Shown piece by piece: positions 1 to 10,405 of a stretch of 64,000 bases of DNA. Below the pieces are notes generated by a model. It searched no databases and was not told the DNA's origin. It saw only the letters and a program-made list of their open reading frames with translations. The stretch covers positions 1,120,001-1,184,000 of the forward strand of contig JBMNIF010000002.1 of assembly GCA_050950765.1 (NCBI GenBank), written 5' to 3'. How positions within the stretch are numbered: position 1 is the first letter of the stretch; every line of letters begins with the position of its first letter. The position numbers were made by a program, and so were the translations under genes. This DNA is from Bdellovibrionota bacterium. Its GTDB lineage: Bacteria > Bdellovibrionota_C > UBA2361 > JAAYZI01.

Positions 1-11
1 GGAGGTGTTCA

Positions 12-200
12 TCTCTGAACATTTTTTTCCTATCTTCCCTAGTCGAGACAGTTTTTTTAAAAGATAAATTGCTTTAAAAAAATTTCTAACTTTCTCTGAA
101 CATTTTTTTCCTAACTTCCCTAGTCGAGACAGTTTTTTTAAAAAGATGAACTGCTTTAAAAAAACTTATAATTTTTTCTGAACATTTTTTTCCTACCTCT
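12..200. repeat. Tandem repeat, ~81-82 bp unit, ~2.3 copies
   Basis: tctgaacatttttttcc at 14, 95 and 177; ttccctagtcgagacagtttttttaaaagat occurs twice. Confidence 0.85.
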
Positions 201-213
201 CTAATTCGGAAAG

Positions 214-1899
214 TTATAACCCATCATTTCGTCTAATGGCCCACCAGCCGCGTAGTAAGCTGATAGCACCACAGAAGATAAAAAAGTATCCTAAAATTTG
301 TTTAAGTCCATCCGTCTGCATTGTGAATAAAAGTCCGATAGAGACGAAAAATATCCCTAACACAATAACTAATACTCTGTTTAACATCCGATTTTGATGA
401 GTTTTTATAGTAGAGAAGTTTTTCACTACTGTTTGAAAGGTAGTTTCTCCACGCGAGAGGTTGGATAGGATCTCACGTGCATTGTACGGAAACTCTATTG
501 TTAAATGTTTATAGGATTCAAGGGTGTTGTCTAGAGTTTCTAAACGCAACTTCGGATCTGAAAATGTTTTAAAGTATTGTCGAGTAATATACGGCTTTAG
601 CACGGAAACAGGATCGAACTCTGGAGATAACACCGTAGCCATCGCCTCAAGTAAGGTGATCGACTTTACAATCATAAGGATATCTGCCGGTGGTTTGATG
701 CCGTAACGGCGTACTACATCAAAGATCTCTGTAAGTAGCATTGAGAAATTTAGTGATGCCAACGTCTTCCCGATATATGCGTCAAGAATAGCAGTAATCT
801 GAACACGCACAGAGGCTTCATCAAAGACAGGCGGTGTCATCCTGTTCTCGCGCATAATATGCAAGATCTTTTCGGGATTTTTTGAAAGTGTGGCTGCTAA
901 AAGTGCAAGGATGGTGCGCATACGTTCTTTATCAAGTCGCCCCATTTCACCAAAGTCTATTAGTGCAAGTTTCTGATCAGTAGTGATAATGATATTTCCA
1001 GGATGTGGGTCTGCATGAAAGAAGCGGTGTTTAAAAATAGAATCCAAGATAACACTTGCTAACGTTTCTACTAATTCATCTGCATTTGAAGGGATCTCTC
1101 CTGTCTTGCAAAGGTCTGTTACTTTTGTGCCGTTTATAAATTCCTGCGTTATGATAAGTCTACTGCACAGTTCAGGGTACGTTTTCGGCACAACGAGGAT
1201 ATCTTGCAGGCGGTGTTGAGAGGCAAAGATAGTCATGTTCTGAGCCTCTTTGATAAAATCGCAGCCTTGCTTCAAGGTGCGGTGAAACTCTTCGATTATT
1301 AACGGCAGGTCAAACGACTCCATCTCTGGATATGCCTCTTCGAATAGAGAAACCAACCCTTTTACAATCTCCATGTCGGTATCGATTAGACGTTCTATAT
1401 CTGGACGCTGAATCTTTACTACGACGGTGCTACCGTCAATTAGTGTTGCTTTATGTACTTGAGCGATACTTCCAGCAGCAAGAGGCGTTTTTGAAAAATC
1501 TGAAAATAGTACATTTATAGGGGTGTGGAACTCTTCTTCAATTGTAGCGATCGCTACCTCCGACGGGAAGGGAGCGACTTTATCTTGTAACTTTCTAAAT
1601 TCTTCAATGATGTTACGAGGGAAAACATCGGGACGAGTTGCAATAAGTTGTCCCATCTTTATAAAGGTCGGACCCAAATCTTCACAGACTAGGCGTAGGC
1701 GAGTGGCGACATCTAGAACTTGTTTATCGGTGTCGTGTCGGATTGATGGCTTTACTATTTTTAATGTTTTCCCGTAAGCTACATTAAGGCGGTTAACAAG
1801 GTCCCCAAAACCGTGGCGAACTAGCACCGCCATTATTTCACTAACTCTGTGAACGTTTCTGAAAAATTGGGGAAGCTTTATAACTTTTGCGTAATCCAT
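214..1899 (-). CDS. ubiB: ABC1/UbiB family atypical protein kinase
   Basis: LGPTFIKMGQ, AAGSIAQVH, VVVKIQRP, FFHADPHPGN and LIDFGEMG motifs; C-terminal TM helices. Confidence 0.9.
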   Translation of the reverse strand: MDYAKVIKLPQFFRNVHRVSEIMAVLVRHGFGDLVNRLNVAYGKTLKIVKPSIRHDTDKQVLDVATRLRLVCEDLGPTFIKMGQLIATRPDVFPRNIIEEFRKLQDKVAPFPSEVAIATIEEEFHTPINVLFSDFSKTPLAAGSIAQVHKATLIDGSTVVVKIQRPDIERLIDTDMEIVKGLVSLFEEAYPEMESFDLPLIIEEFHRTLKQGCDFIKEAQNMTIFASQHRLQDILVVPKTYPELCSRLIITQEFINGTKVTDLCKTGEIPSNADELVETLASVILDSIFKHRFFHADPHPGNIIITTDQKLALIDFGEMGRLDKERMRTILALLAATLSKNPEKILHIMRENRMTPPVFDEASVRVQITAILDAYIGKTLASLNFSMLLTEIFDVVRRYGIKPPADILMIVKSITLLEAMATVLSPEFDPVSVLKPYITRQYFKTFSDPKLRLETLDNTLESYKHLTIEFPYNAREILSNLSRGETTFQTVVKNFSTIKTHQNRMLNRVLVIVLGIFFVSIGLLFTMQTDGLKQILGYFFIFCGAISLLRGWWAIRRNDGL

Positions 1900-2145
1900 A
1901 CAATTAATGTGTCTTGAATGTGATAAGTGGAGGGGAAAAACGATAATATTTCTCTTGTTAATCGTTAATCTTATGAAAAGTTGCTGAAAGTGTCACTATA
2001 AAACAGACAATTACTTGAAAATATTATTTAAAAATGGCATTCTCAAGCTCGTTCGTCAGTCCATTTATAAAACACGTTACTGTATTCAAAAGGGCATAAA
2101 GATGCCGTTTTTTTCTGTTTTGTGTTTTTAATGGTGGCGATTCTA

Positions 2146-2173
2146 TTGACGTTTTATGGAATTATGCTATTGT
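2146..2173 (+). promoter_or_regulatory. Putative sigma70 promoter of rplM-rpsI
   Basis: TTGACG-16 nt-TATTGT with extended -10 TG, upstream of the GAGG RBS and ATG 2209. Confidence 0.55.
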
Positions 2174-2208
2174 TCGCCTCCGTTCATAGAGGACTAAGAA
2201 GAGGTATA

Positions 2209-2670
2209 ATGGATACAGTTTTTATTTCAAAAAAGCAGGCGGCCGAGAATAAGAAGTGGCGTATTGTTGATGCTGCCGGTGTGCCGCTCGGGAGATTGGC
2301 GAGTGAAGTAGCGGTACTTATTCGTGGTAAGAATAAGGTAGATTATACTCCAAATCAGGATATAGGAGATTTTGTTATCGTTATTAACGCTGAAAAGGTA
2401 GCTTTGACCGGTAATAAGATATCACAGAAGGTCTATCACCGTCATACTGGTTACATAGGGGGACTACGTACGACGAGTGTTGAGGAGATGCTTGATAAAT
2501 ACCCTGAACGTGTTATCCAGAAAGCAGTATATGGAATGTTGCCGCGAGGACCGTTGGGTAATACTATGCGTACAAGGCTGAAGGTTTATGCCGGAAGTGA
2601 ACATCCGCATAAGGCGCAACTTCCGGAACTTTATACTTTACAAAGTCAGGCACAAGGTCAAGCTAAATAG
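2209..2670 (+). CDS. rplM: 50S ribosomal protein L13
   Basis: WRIVDA..LGRLAS, GKNK..YTP, GDFVIVINA, GMLP, LKVYAG..HPH; start moved to ATG 2209 after gaagagg. Confidence 0.97.
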   Translation: MDTVFISKKQAAENKKWRIVDAAGVPLGRLASEVAVLIRGKNKVDYTPNQDIGDFVIVINAEKVALTGNKISQKVYHRHTGYIGGLRTTSVEEMLDKYPERVIQKAVYGMLPRGPLGNTMRTRLKVYAGSEHPHKAQLPELYTLQSQAQGQAK

Positions 2671-2691
2671 TAATTTTTGTAGGATTTTAAG

Positions 2692-3084
2692 ATGAGAGGC
2701 TGGGATTCATTTGCAGTAGGAAAAAGAAAAACGTCAGTGGCTCGTGTGTTTCTTAAGAAGGGAACAGGGCAGATTACGGTCAATGGGAAACCTTATGATC
2801 AATATTTTGGTCGTGAGACTTTGAAGATGGTTGTTAAACAACCGTTGGAGTTGACTGGTAAAAATGAAGATCTCGATATTAATGTTAATGTTTGTGGTGG
2901 TGGGAAATCCGGACAGGCCGGTGCTACCAGACACGGCATTGCGCGTGCTTTAAATGTTCTTGATGAGACGATGCGTGGACCTCTTAAAAAAGCAGGCTTC
3001 CTATCTCGTGATCAACGTGCTGTCGAGCGTAAAAAATACGGTAGGCATAAAGCTCGTAAGCGTCCGCAGTTTTCAAAGCGTTAG
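2692..3084 (+). CDS. rpsI: 30S ribosomal protein S9
   Basis: [29 protein letters not shown]-terminal [17 protein letters not shown]. Confidence 0.98.
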   Translation: MRGWDSFAVGKRKTSVARVFLKKGTGQITVNGKPYDQYFGRETLKMVVKQPLELTGKNEDLDINVNVCGGGKSGQAGATRHGIARALNVLDETMRGPLKKAGFLSRDQRAVERKKYGRHKARKRPQFSKR

Positions 3085-3103
3085 TTGCATATATTGCAGC
3101 TGC

Positions 3104-3138
3104 AAAAAAGAGGGGGCTGTTTGGTGCCCCCTTTTTTT
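3104..3138 (+). terminator. Rho-independent terminator after rpsI
   Basis: gggggc-tgtttggt-gccccc stem followed by T7 and preceded by A6 (possibly bidirectional). Confidence 0.8.
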
Positions 3139-3155
3139 ATCTAAATTAAAGCTAG

Positions 3156-5236
3156 CCCTGAAGGGTGGCACCAGAGCCGCCGAATTCTAAACTTATGCTA
3201 ACGTCTTGATATCATTAGCAGTACTGGTGGGTGGCACCAAATTTTTGATCTCCCTGAAGGGTTGTACCAGATTCAGCCTAGCCAAAACCGTGCAGATCCC
3301 GTCTCGCTGGTGGGTGGCACCAAATTCTCCAGTCGCCTAAGTCGTCAAAGCGGTAAAAAAGAAGGGTGGCACCAGAGCCGCCGCCAAAATCGCCGAATTC
3401 TAAACTTTTGCTAATATATTGATATTATTAGGTGCCAATTAGGACACCCACTTTTTACCTTCGTAGAACTGGTGGGTGGCACCAAATTTTTGACCTCCGT
3501 ACAGATCTAACCGATTCGGTTTTGCAGTTGCAGCCCGTCCGATCGTCCCTGAAGGGTGGCACCAAATTTTTGACCTTCGTCGAAATCTAACCGATTCGGT
3601 TTTGTAGTTGCACCCGTTCAATCGTCCTTGGTGGGTGGCACCAAATTTTTGACCTCCGTACAGATCTAGCTACTTCGTTTTGCAGTTGCACCCGTTCAAT
3701 CGTCCCTGAAGGGTGGCACCAAATTTTTGACCTTCGTCGAAATCTAACCGATTCGGTTTTGTAGTTGCACCCGTTCAATCGTCCTTGGTGGGTGGCACCA
3801 AATTTACCAGTCGCCTAAGTCGTCAAAGCGGTAAAAAAGAAGGGTGGCACCAAATTCACCAGTCGCTTAAGCCGTCAAAGCGGCAAAAAAGAAGGGTGGC
3901 ACCAGATTTTTCTGTTTTGCAGTTACACCCGTCCTGCTGTCCCTGAAGGGTGGCACCAAATTTTTGCCAAATTTTTGACCTTCGTCGAAATCTAACCGAT
4001 TCGGTTTTGTAGTTGCACCCGTTCAATCGTCCTTGGTGGGTGGCACCAAATTTACCAGTCGCCTAAGTCGTCAAAGCGGTAAAAAAGAAGGGTGGCACCA
4101 AATTCACCAGTCGCTTAAGCCGTCAAAGCGGCAAAAAAGAAGGGTGGCACCAGATTTTTCTGTTTTGCAGTTACACCCGTCCTGCTGTCCCTGAAGGGTG
4201 GCACCAAATTTTTGACCTCCGTACAGATCTAGCTACTTCGTTTTGCAGTTGCAGCCCGTCCTGCTGTCCCTGAAGGGTGGCACCAAATTTTTGACCTTCG
4301 TCGAAACCTAACCGATTCGGTTTTGCAGTTGCACCCGTTCAATCGTCCTTGGTGGGTGGCACCAAATTCACCAGTCGCTTAAGCTGTCAAAGCGGCAAAA
4401 AAGAAGGGTGGCACCAGATTTTTCTGTCGTCGAAATCTAACCGATTCGGTTTTGTAGTTGCACCCGTTCAATCCAGATTTTTCTGTTTTGCAGTTGCAGC
4501 CCGTCCTGCTGTCCCTGAAGGGTGGCACCAGAGCCGCCGCCAAAACTGCCGAATTTAAGCTTTTGCTAACATCTTGATATCATTAGCAGTACTGGTGGGT
4601 GGCACCAAATTTTTGACCTCCGTACAGATCTAGCTACTTCGTTTTACAGTTGCAGCCCGTCCTGTTGTCCCTGAAGGGTGGCACCAAATTTTTGACCTCC
4701 GTACAGATCTAGCTACTTCGTTTTACAGTTGCAGCCCGTTCAATCGTCCTTGGTGGGTGGCACCAAATTTTTAACCTCCGTACAGATCTAGCCGATTCGA
4801 TCCGCAAGTTGCAGCCCGTTCAATCGTCCTTGGTGGGTGGCACCAAATTTTTAACCCCCGTCCAGACCTAGCTAGTTCTGTCTTCAGTCGCAGCCCGTCC
4901 TGCTGTCCCTGAAGGGTGGCACCAGATCTGCCAAATTCTATGCTTCTGCTAACATACTGATATTATTAGAAGTTGTAATTTTAGAGAAATCTAGCTGAAC
5001 CCGTCTTACTGGTGGGTGGCACCAGATTTTTAACCTCCGTACAGATCTAGCCGATTCGATCCGCAAGTTGCAGCCCGTTCAATCGTCCTTGGTGGGTGGC
5101 ACCAAATTCGTCCAGTCGCCTAAGTCGTCAAAGCGGTAAAAAAGAAGGGTGGCACCAAATTTTTGACCTTCGTCGAAATCTAACCGATTCGGTTTTGCAG
5201 TTGCACCCGTTCAATTGTCCTTGGTGGGTGGGTGCT
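3156..5236 (-). repeat. Mosaic cluster of the GGTG(G/C)CACC-core repeat, ~28 copies
   Basis: GGGTGGCACCA on + from 3163 to 5147, spaced mostly ~52 or ~79 nt by a few recurring linker modules. Confidence 0.95.
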
Positions 5237-5237
5237 T

Positions 5238-6332
5238 TTATTCTGGGGATTCTGCGCCGATGTTGAGGATAAGGGCGACTACTAACATTAAAATATTGCC
5301 GACCCAAGCTGCCAAGAGGGGGGGCCAGATCTCAGCTCGCCCCATAGCAAGGCTAAAGGAATGAACAGCGTAATAGGTAAAACTAACAAGAAGTCCAGCT
5401 ATAAAACTAATCGCCATATTCCCCGTCCTGCTAGGTTTTAGGGAAAAGGGGAGCACTACCAAAGCAGAGATCAAAATTACAAACGGAAATGCCGCCTTCG
5501 AATATAGATCAGTCAGATATCCGTTAGCCGCCAAGCCGTTGGCGATCTGTTTTTCAATGAATGCTTTTAGTTGAAAATAACTCATTGTAAACGGATCCGT
5601 CTCAACATTGTAAAAATCTTGCGGCCTATCTTGAATCGGAAGTGGTAGAGATCTTTCATGTATGGCGAGAGGAGCTTCGTTATCAGAAAGAAACTTGTAA
5701 CGAATAACATCAAACATCGTCCAGCCTAAACCGTCTTTAACAAATACAGCACGGTCTGCATCAGTTCTAACCCTCGGATAAAAATTGTCGTCAACTTCAA
5801 AGAGGGTCGGGCTGTGCAAGGTGTTGTTTCTGGAGTCAAACATTGCGATAGAATAAAATTTATTCCCTTCACGTAACCAAAAATCATCCTGACTAAAGGT
5901 TCCCGTTTTGTGCTTCTCCTTAATATCAATATTGTAGATCTCTCGCACTCGTCTGGTACAGTGCGGCACTAAAGTTTCACTAACAATCAGATCAATGATA
6001 CTCAATCCGAATGCTAAGATAAAAATAGGCTTTGCGATCCAAAAGACCTTCATACCTGAAGCGCGCATGGCTGTAATCTCAGAGTTCTTTGCTAATAAGC
6101 CGATCCCCAACATAACGGCAACGATCATTGCTAGCGGTAAGGTCAAGGTAAAGATTTGCGGAATTTTTAGAAGGAAATACTGCATTACGATAAATATTGA
6201 AGCATCTTCTCCGATGATGTTGTCAATACGATCAAAAAAATCGACAACAAGAAAAAGGGTGCACAACGCAATAGATGCTATGATTAAGTAATGGACTACC
6301 TCTTTAAATACGTAACGTTGGATTATAGTCAT
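5238..6332 (-). CDS. lptG: LPS export ABC transporter permease LptG
   Basis: LptF/G architecture, NSEITAMRASG motif, PPLLAAWVGN; ATG 6332 overlaps the lptF stop (ATGA). Confidence 0.9.
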   Translation of the reverse strand: MTIIQRYVFKEVVHYLIIASIALCTLFLVVDFFDRIDNIIGEDASIFIVMQYFLLKIPQIFTLTLPLAMIVAVMLGIGLLAKNSEITAMRASGMKVFWIAKPIFILAFGLSIIDLIVSETLVPHCTRRVREIYNIDIKEKHKTGTFSQDDFWLREGNKFYSIAMFDSRNNTLHSPTLFEVDDNFYPRVRTDADRAVFVKDGLGWTMFDVIRYKFLSDNEAPLAIHERSLPLPIQDRPQDFYNVETDPFTMSYFQLKAFIEKQIANGLAANGYLTDLYSKAAFPFVILISALVVLPFSLKPSRTGNMAISFIAGLLVSFTYYAVHSFSLAMGRAEIWPPLLAAWVGNILMLVVALILNIGAESPE

Positions 6333-7597
6333 CGCACCTCTTTCCTTACCTTGCGCATAACTTTCTTTGTCACGGGTAATAAAAGACCTTCCACTCCCTC
6401 TGCAATGGATTGCCACCGTTCACTACCCATCTGCTTTAATAGATAGAAAGTAAATACCGCAATAACAAGGTTCGGCATCCATAAGGCGATTAAGGGATGA
6501 ATCGAGCCGGACTCCGCCAAAGCCACCCCAATTGATATAAAAGCATAATACAAAATAAAAACGATCATGGCGATGGCGATAGAGAGAGAGGCTCCCCAAG
6601 CTCGCTGCATCCGTGGCGGTTGAATACCTAACGGCATCGCAATTAAAGCTAATAAAAATGCTGCAAAAGGCATGCTTACTCTACGCCCGTCCTCTATTTT
6701 ACTACGTAAAAATGTTTTCTTTAACTCTTCAAACTCCAGTAACGTTGCCTCATCTTTTTCTTCAACCTCTGATATCTCTATAAGTTTCGTTTGTAATGAA
6801 GTGATATACTCGGTTAACTCCGCAGATCCCATCTCACGGTATAACTTTGAAGACTTCTTCTTCGCATCGGGATTATAAATTTCGTCCGGATCTAACGATA
6901 ATCTATTTGTCGTGAACTTCGTTAAATTATACCGCCCTCGATATTCTTCATGGATAATACCGTCATACAACTCCATAGTAATTGTACGCGCTTTTTCATC
7001 AGATAAAATTGTGCCGCTCTGCGCAAATATAATCTGTCTCCGCTCCGGATCACGTTTGTCATCAATTAAGGCGTGGGACAAAGCACCTGTTTGATGATTT
7101 ACAGAATCAGCATAAAGAATAATTTCACCGAGCTTATTAAACATTCCAGCTTCCAGCCCAGCCGTACTCTTACTACGTGCTATCTCAAAAAGGGTTTGTG
7201 AAAGTTGCCTATACCCCCAAGGACGTAACTCAGAAGTGATCCCAAAACATAAAATTGTACAAAGGATGGCAAAGACAAAAACAGGTTTAATCATCTGAGT
7301 TAAACTAACGCCACTCGCTCTTAAAACTACGATCTCAGAATCAGCAGAAAGTCTACCAAACGCCATTAAGACTCCCAGTAGGGCAGACATCGGTAATGCG
7401 ATCTCTAAAAAAGTCGGAATTACAGCTAAAAACACCATCCCGATCTGCTCTATCTGCACACCTTTGTTTACGATTAAATTTGTGAAACGCAAAATGCGAG
7501 CAACTAGGATAAGTGCAGTGAATGCAAAAAGACTGACTAAGAAATAAGAGAGAGATTCAGAAAAAATATAGCGATTTATCGTTTTAACTATTCTCAC
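6329..7597 (-). CDS. lptF: LPS export ABC transporter permease LptF
   Basis: GRLSADSEIVVLRASGVS, LWMPN; directly upstream of lptG. Confidence 0.9.
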   Translation of the reverse strand: MRIVKTINRYIFSESLSYFLVSLFAFTALILVARILRFTNLIVNKGVQIEQIGMVFLAVIPTFLEIALPMSALLGVLMAFGRLSADSEIVVLRASGVSLTQMIKPVFVFAILCTILCFGITSELRPWGYRQLSQTLFEIARSKSTAGLEAGMFNKLGEIILYADSVNHQTGALSHALIDDKRDPERRQIIFAQSGTILSDEKARTITMELYDGIIHEEYRGRYNLTKFTTNRLSLDPDEIYNPDAKKKSSKLYREMGSAELTEYITSLQTKLIEISEVEEKDEATLLEFEELKKTFLRSKIEDGRRVSMPFAAFLLALIAMPLGIQPPRMQRAWGASLSIAIAMIVFILYYAFISIGVALAESGSIHPLIALWMPNLVIAVFTFYLLKQMGSERWQSIAEGVEGLLLPVTKKVMRKVRKEVR

Positions 7598-7748
7598 AAT
7601 GAGCGCTGTTTTAACATAGAAAGAGTAAACTGAACATCCGCCGCAGCTGCTTTTGCTGCTAACTAGCCACTTCGCACACCACCTTCATCAATCCAACACG
7701 GATCTAACGACGATTATTTTTTTACTGCTATATCTTTGAGTTTTTGAC

Positions 7749-7782
7749 AAGCGTTCGTTTTTCAAGAACTTAACGAACGCTT
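7749..7782 (-). terminator. Stem-loop downstream of rpsU
   Basis: aagcgttcgtt/aacgaacgctt 11-bp inverted repeat ~20 nt after the rpsU stop; no clear U tail. Confidence 0.5.
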
Positions 7783-7800
7783 ATGAATGTCACAAAATAA

Positions 7801-8097
7801 TTAGAGAAGCGCACTCTTCTTGGCGCGGGACTCTTCTTTACGAAGTTTCTTTAATGATTCTTTTAGTTTACGTTTGCTGCGCTCTGACGGTTTTTCGTAA
7901 TAACGGCGCATTTTTAACTCTTTAAAAAGCCCCTCTTTGATCAACTTACGCTTAAGGATCTTCATCGCTTTCTCAATATTGTGATCTACTGTCACTTCCA
8001 ACGCAGCCGTGCGGGGAGCATCTGTAACGTCGCGCTGCTCGTTTGCGATAGAGGCAACCTCTCCTGTTTTTGTGTTTTCGTTTTTATTTTCAGCCAC
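7801..8097 (-). CDS. rpsU: 30S ribosomal protein S21 with N-terminal extension
   Basis: NIEKAMKILKRKLIKEGLFKELKMRRYYEKPSE is a bS21 signature. Confidence 0.88.
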   Translation of the reverse strand: MAENKNENTKTGEVASIANEQRDVTDAPRTAALEVTVDHNIEKAMKILKRKLIKEGLFKELKMRRYYEKPSERSKRKLKESLKKLRKEESRAKKSALL

Positions 8098-8254
8098 TTA
8101 TTTCTCTATTTTACAAAAAATTGCTTAAAAAATTGTCTACCGGAGGCCTAATGGGTACCCTACGGATACCTAAAAAATATCGCAAAATAACCGCCGATGG
8201 CTCCCGTTATTACCTAATTTTATTAAAAAAGTAAAGAGTCTGCGCCCTGATAAT

Positions 8255-9325
8255 TTATATTCCGAAACAGGTGCCAACGGCACGAGCTGCCGAAATAAGT
8301 GGATGATCTAACGGCACTGTGCGTTGTTTACCCATCACTTTTTCAAGGGGAACATCCACGATATCAACCCCTTTTAGCGCAACCATCTTATTAAAGTTCC
8401 CTGAAACTATTAACTCTACAGCCTTTGTGGCAAATTGAGTGGCAAGCACCCTATCGTGTGGAGAAGGGGTGCCGCCTCTTTGCAGGTGCCCTAAGATCGT
8501 CACTCTGGAATCTAACCCTGTCAGTTGACTCAAGCTCTCCGCTATAATGTGACTGATCCCACCTAATCTGCGTTGATTTCGTGTGTCCTGCTGGTAGGTT
8601 TGCTCTCCAGCTAGCGGTTTTGCGCCTTCGGCCACGACGACAATACTAAAACGCTTCCCCTCTTTGTAACGGTCTAAAATAGAAGAGGCAACGATCTCTA
8701 TATTATACGGCATCTCCGGAATTAAAATAGTATCACCACCCCCTGCAATACCGGCCTCCAGCGCCAGCCAACCTGCATTACGCCCCATTACCTCTACCGC
8801 CATAATGCGGTGATGAGCGTGCGCTGTGGTATGTAATTTATCTATGGCCTCTGTTGCAGTTACTAACGCCGAATCAAAACCGAAAGTGGCGTCCGTCTCC
8901 ATTAGATCTTTATCGATCGTTTTCGGCACCCCGATAACATTTATTCCCCGCTCTGCTAGCTTTCCAGCTAAGGTCATCGTGCCATCACCACCTACGCAAA
9001 CTAAGGCTGAAAGATTAAGCTCGTGGTATAGATCTATACATCTTTGTGAAAGGTCACTATAAGTGCCGTCACTATTAGGCATATGAAAGGGGTCTGCTTG
9101 ATTAGTAGATCCTAAGATCGTTCCACCCTGTGTTAAAATCCCAGAGACGTGTTTTGAATCAAGCACCTCATAGCGTTTTTCTATCATCCCGAGGAAGCTG
9201 TCATAAAACCCGATAACCTGCATCCCGTATCGGTTGATAGCACTCTTTGTAACACCTCTAATAACGGCATTTAATCCAGGGCAGTCCCCACCCCCAGTTA
9301 AGATCCCTATGGTTTGCTTTGACAT
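8255..9325 (-). CDS. pfkA: 6-phosphofructokinase (PfkA family, group III-like)
   Basis: TGGGDCPGLNAVIR, GGTILGS, GGDGT, PKTID, EVMGR.AGW, LGHLQRGG. Confidence 0.93.
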   Translation of the reverse strand: MSKQTIGILTGGGDCPGLNAVIRGVTKSAINRYGMQVIGFYDSFLGMIEKRYEVLDSKHVSGILTQGGTILGSTNQADPFHMPNSDGTYSDLSQRCIDLYHELNLSALVCVGGDGTMTLAGKLAERGINVIGVPKTIDKDLMETDATFGFDSALVTATEAIDKLHTTAHAHHRIMAVEVMGRNAGWLALEAGIAGGGDTILIPEMPYNIEIVASSILDRYKEGKRFSIVVVAEGAKPLAGEQTYQQDTRNQRRLGGISHIIAESLSQLTGLDSRVTILGHLQRGGTPSPHDRVLATQFATKAVELIVSGNFNKMVALKGVDIVDVPLEKVMGKQRTVPLDHPLISAARAVGTCFGI

Positions 9326-9472
9326 AATAAGCCTTTTTTATCCTTCGCTGTTTAAATTTTTACAGGTTAAATTTTTACAGACACCTCCCCTGATAACACC
9401 TCTCCGTTTAGCTAACAATACAAATGTATCTTTAACAAGATCGGATTTTAGTTATAAAACGAAGCAATATCT

Positions 9473-9808
9473 TTATTCAGGATTTTCAGGTGTTGAAGAA
9501 AAAACGGTGAAATTATAACCATTCCCATCCCTAAAGCTATATTGCGCTGGAACATTACCTCCTGAACCTGTGTATACAACTTCTAGTTGTGCGAATGAAC
9601 CACGCTCATTCACCGCATAAGGTAGATCAGAGACCTTACCTGTTTGACCGCATATAACGCCTTCCGTCTTTACAGTTATAGACATTTCAAGAAGTGCTTG
9701 TTCTACTTCAGGATTGATTTTGTATCCGGTAGAAAGAGACGCCTCGTTTAGATCACCCTTAACAGTTGTAGTTTCGTTTATATTTTTGTTTGTTAATTTA
9801 TATTCCAT
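9473..9808 (-). CDS. Hypothetical protein (111 aa)
   Basis: ATG start with purine-rich RBS (aggaaagaaagag); no recognisable motif. Confidence 0.55.
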   Translation of the reverse strand: MEYKLTNKNINETTTVKGDLNEASLSTGYKINPEVEQALLEMSITVKTEGVICGQTGKVSDLPYAVNERGSFAQLEVVYTGSGGNVPAQYSFRDGNGYNFTVFSSTPENPE

Positions 9809-9939
9809 CTCTTTCTTTCCTAAAACATCATAAAAAACAGCCGATGCTTGGAAGCGGCTTCCTTAATTATATTCTTAATTGAAGCGCTACTCTCGATTTA
9901 GATGTTACGTTTAGAATAAAGATTCTATATCTTTGGTAT

Positions 9940-10146
9940 CTATTTTTTAAAAAAAGTGTCAGGAATAGGGCGGCGAATTATTTTTTCAACTGACTCGCGT
10001 GTAATGCGCCAGTCTGAACCGACCTTAAACCCGTCTAATACTTCACTTTTTATCAGATCATAAACCTTCGGTCTCTGAATTCTTAAGAGATCCGTTACTT
10101 CTTTAACTGTTAAAAATATCGGATCTGCGGCGTTTTCTTGTGCCAT
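9940..10146 (-). CDS. Small helix-turn-helix DNA-binding protein (excisionase/HTH_17, BldC-like)
   Basis: LTVKEVTDLLRI...VYDLIK...GFKVGSDWRI; strong GGAGG RBS before ATG 10146. Confidence 0.85.
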   Translation of the reverse strand: MAQENAADPIFLTVKEVTDLLRIQRPKVYDLIKSEVLDGFKVGSDWRITRESVEKIIRRPIPDTFFKK

Positions 10147-10347
10147 GTCTAGTCTCCTCCCGAAAATATGTGGCAATTTTTCGCCCTCAGGTACTATGAA
10201 TTTCGGCAAAATAGAGATTTCCGTTAATAAAACAGGGCAAAAAAGAATATTTTTAACGTATTGTTATTATTAGATATTGTTTTTTTAGAGAGATAATATC
10301 TCTTTATGAAGGAATTTTGACAAAAAGATCGGTAGAAAAATTAAGGC

Positions 10348-10380
10348 ATAGCTGTTCTCCTATAATTGAAAAACAGCTAT
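10348..10380 (-). terminator. Stem-loop after the lipoprotein gene
   Basis: atagctgtt/aacagctat inverted repeat ~25 nt downstream of stop 10406. Confidence 0.5.
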
Positions 10381-10405
10381 ACCAAAGCGAGGAGTAATTG
10401 AGGAG

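Noticed and set aside
2122..2208. Longer ORF-track starts for rplM (also lptG 6416, aroA 28979, aroC 32620, argA 14908)
   Set aside because: The extensions overlap promoters or upstream genes; downstream ATGs match the family N-termini.
3439..4558. Short ORFs with WCHP/GGTK/VPP motifs here and at 55921-56636 and 58620-59084
   Set aside because: They are translations of the DNA repeat that appear in several frames on both strands, without RBSs.
3156..5236. CRISPR array interpretation of the GGGTGGCACCA clusters
   Set aside because: The constant part is only 11 nt, linkers recur and vary in length, and no cas genes are present.
9940..10146. Prophage or ICE suggested by the excisionase-like gene
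   Set aside because: No integrase, att repeats or phage genes are nearby; stand-alone HTH_17 regulators are common.
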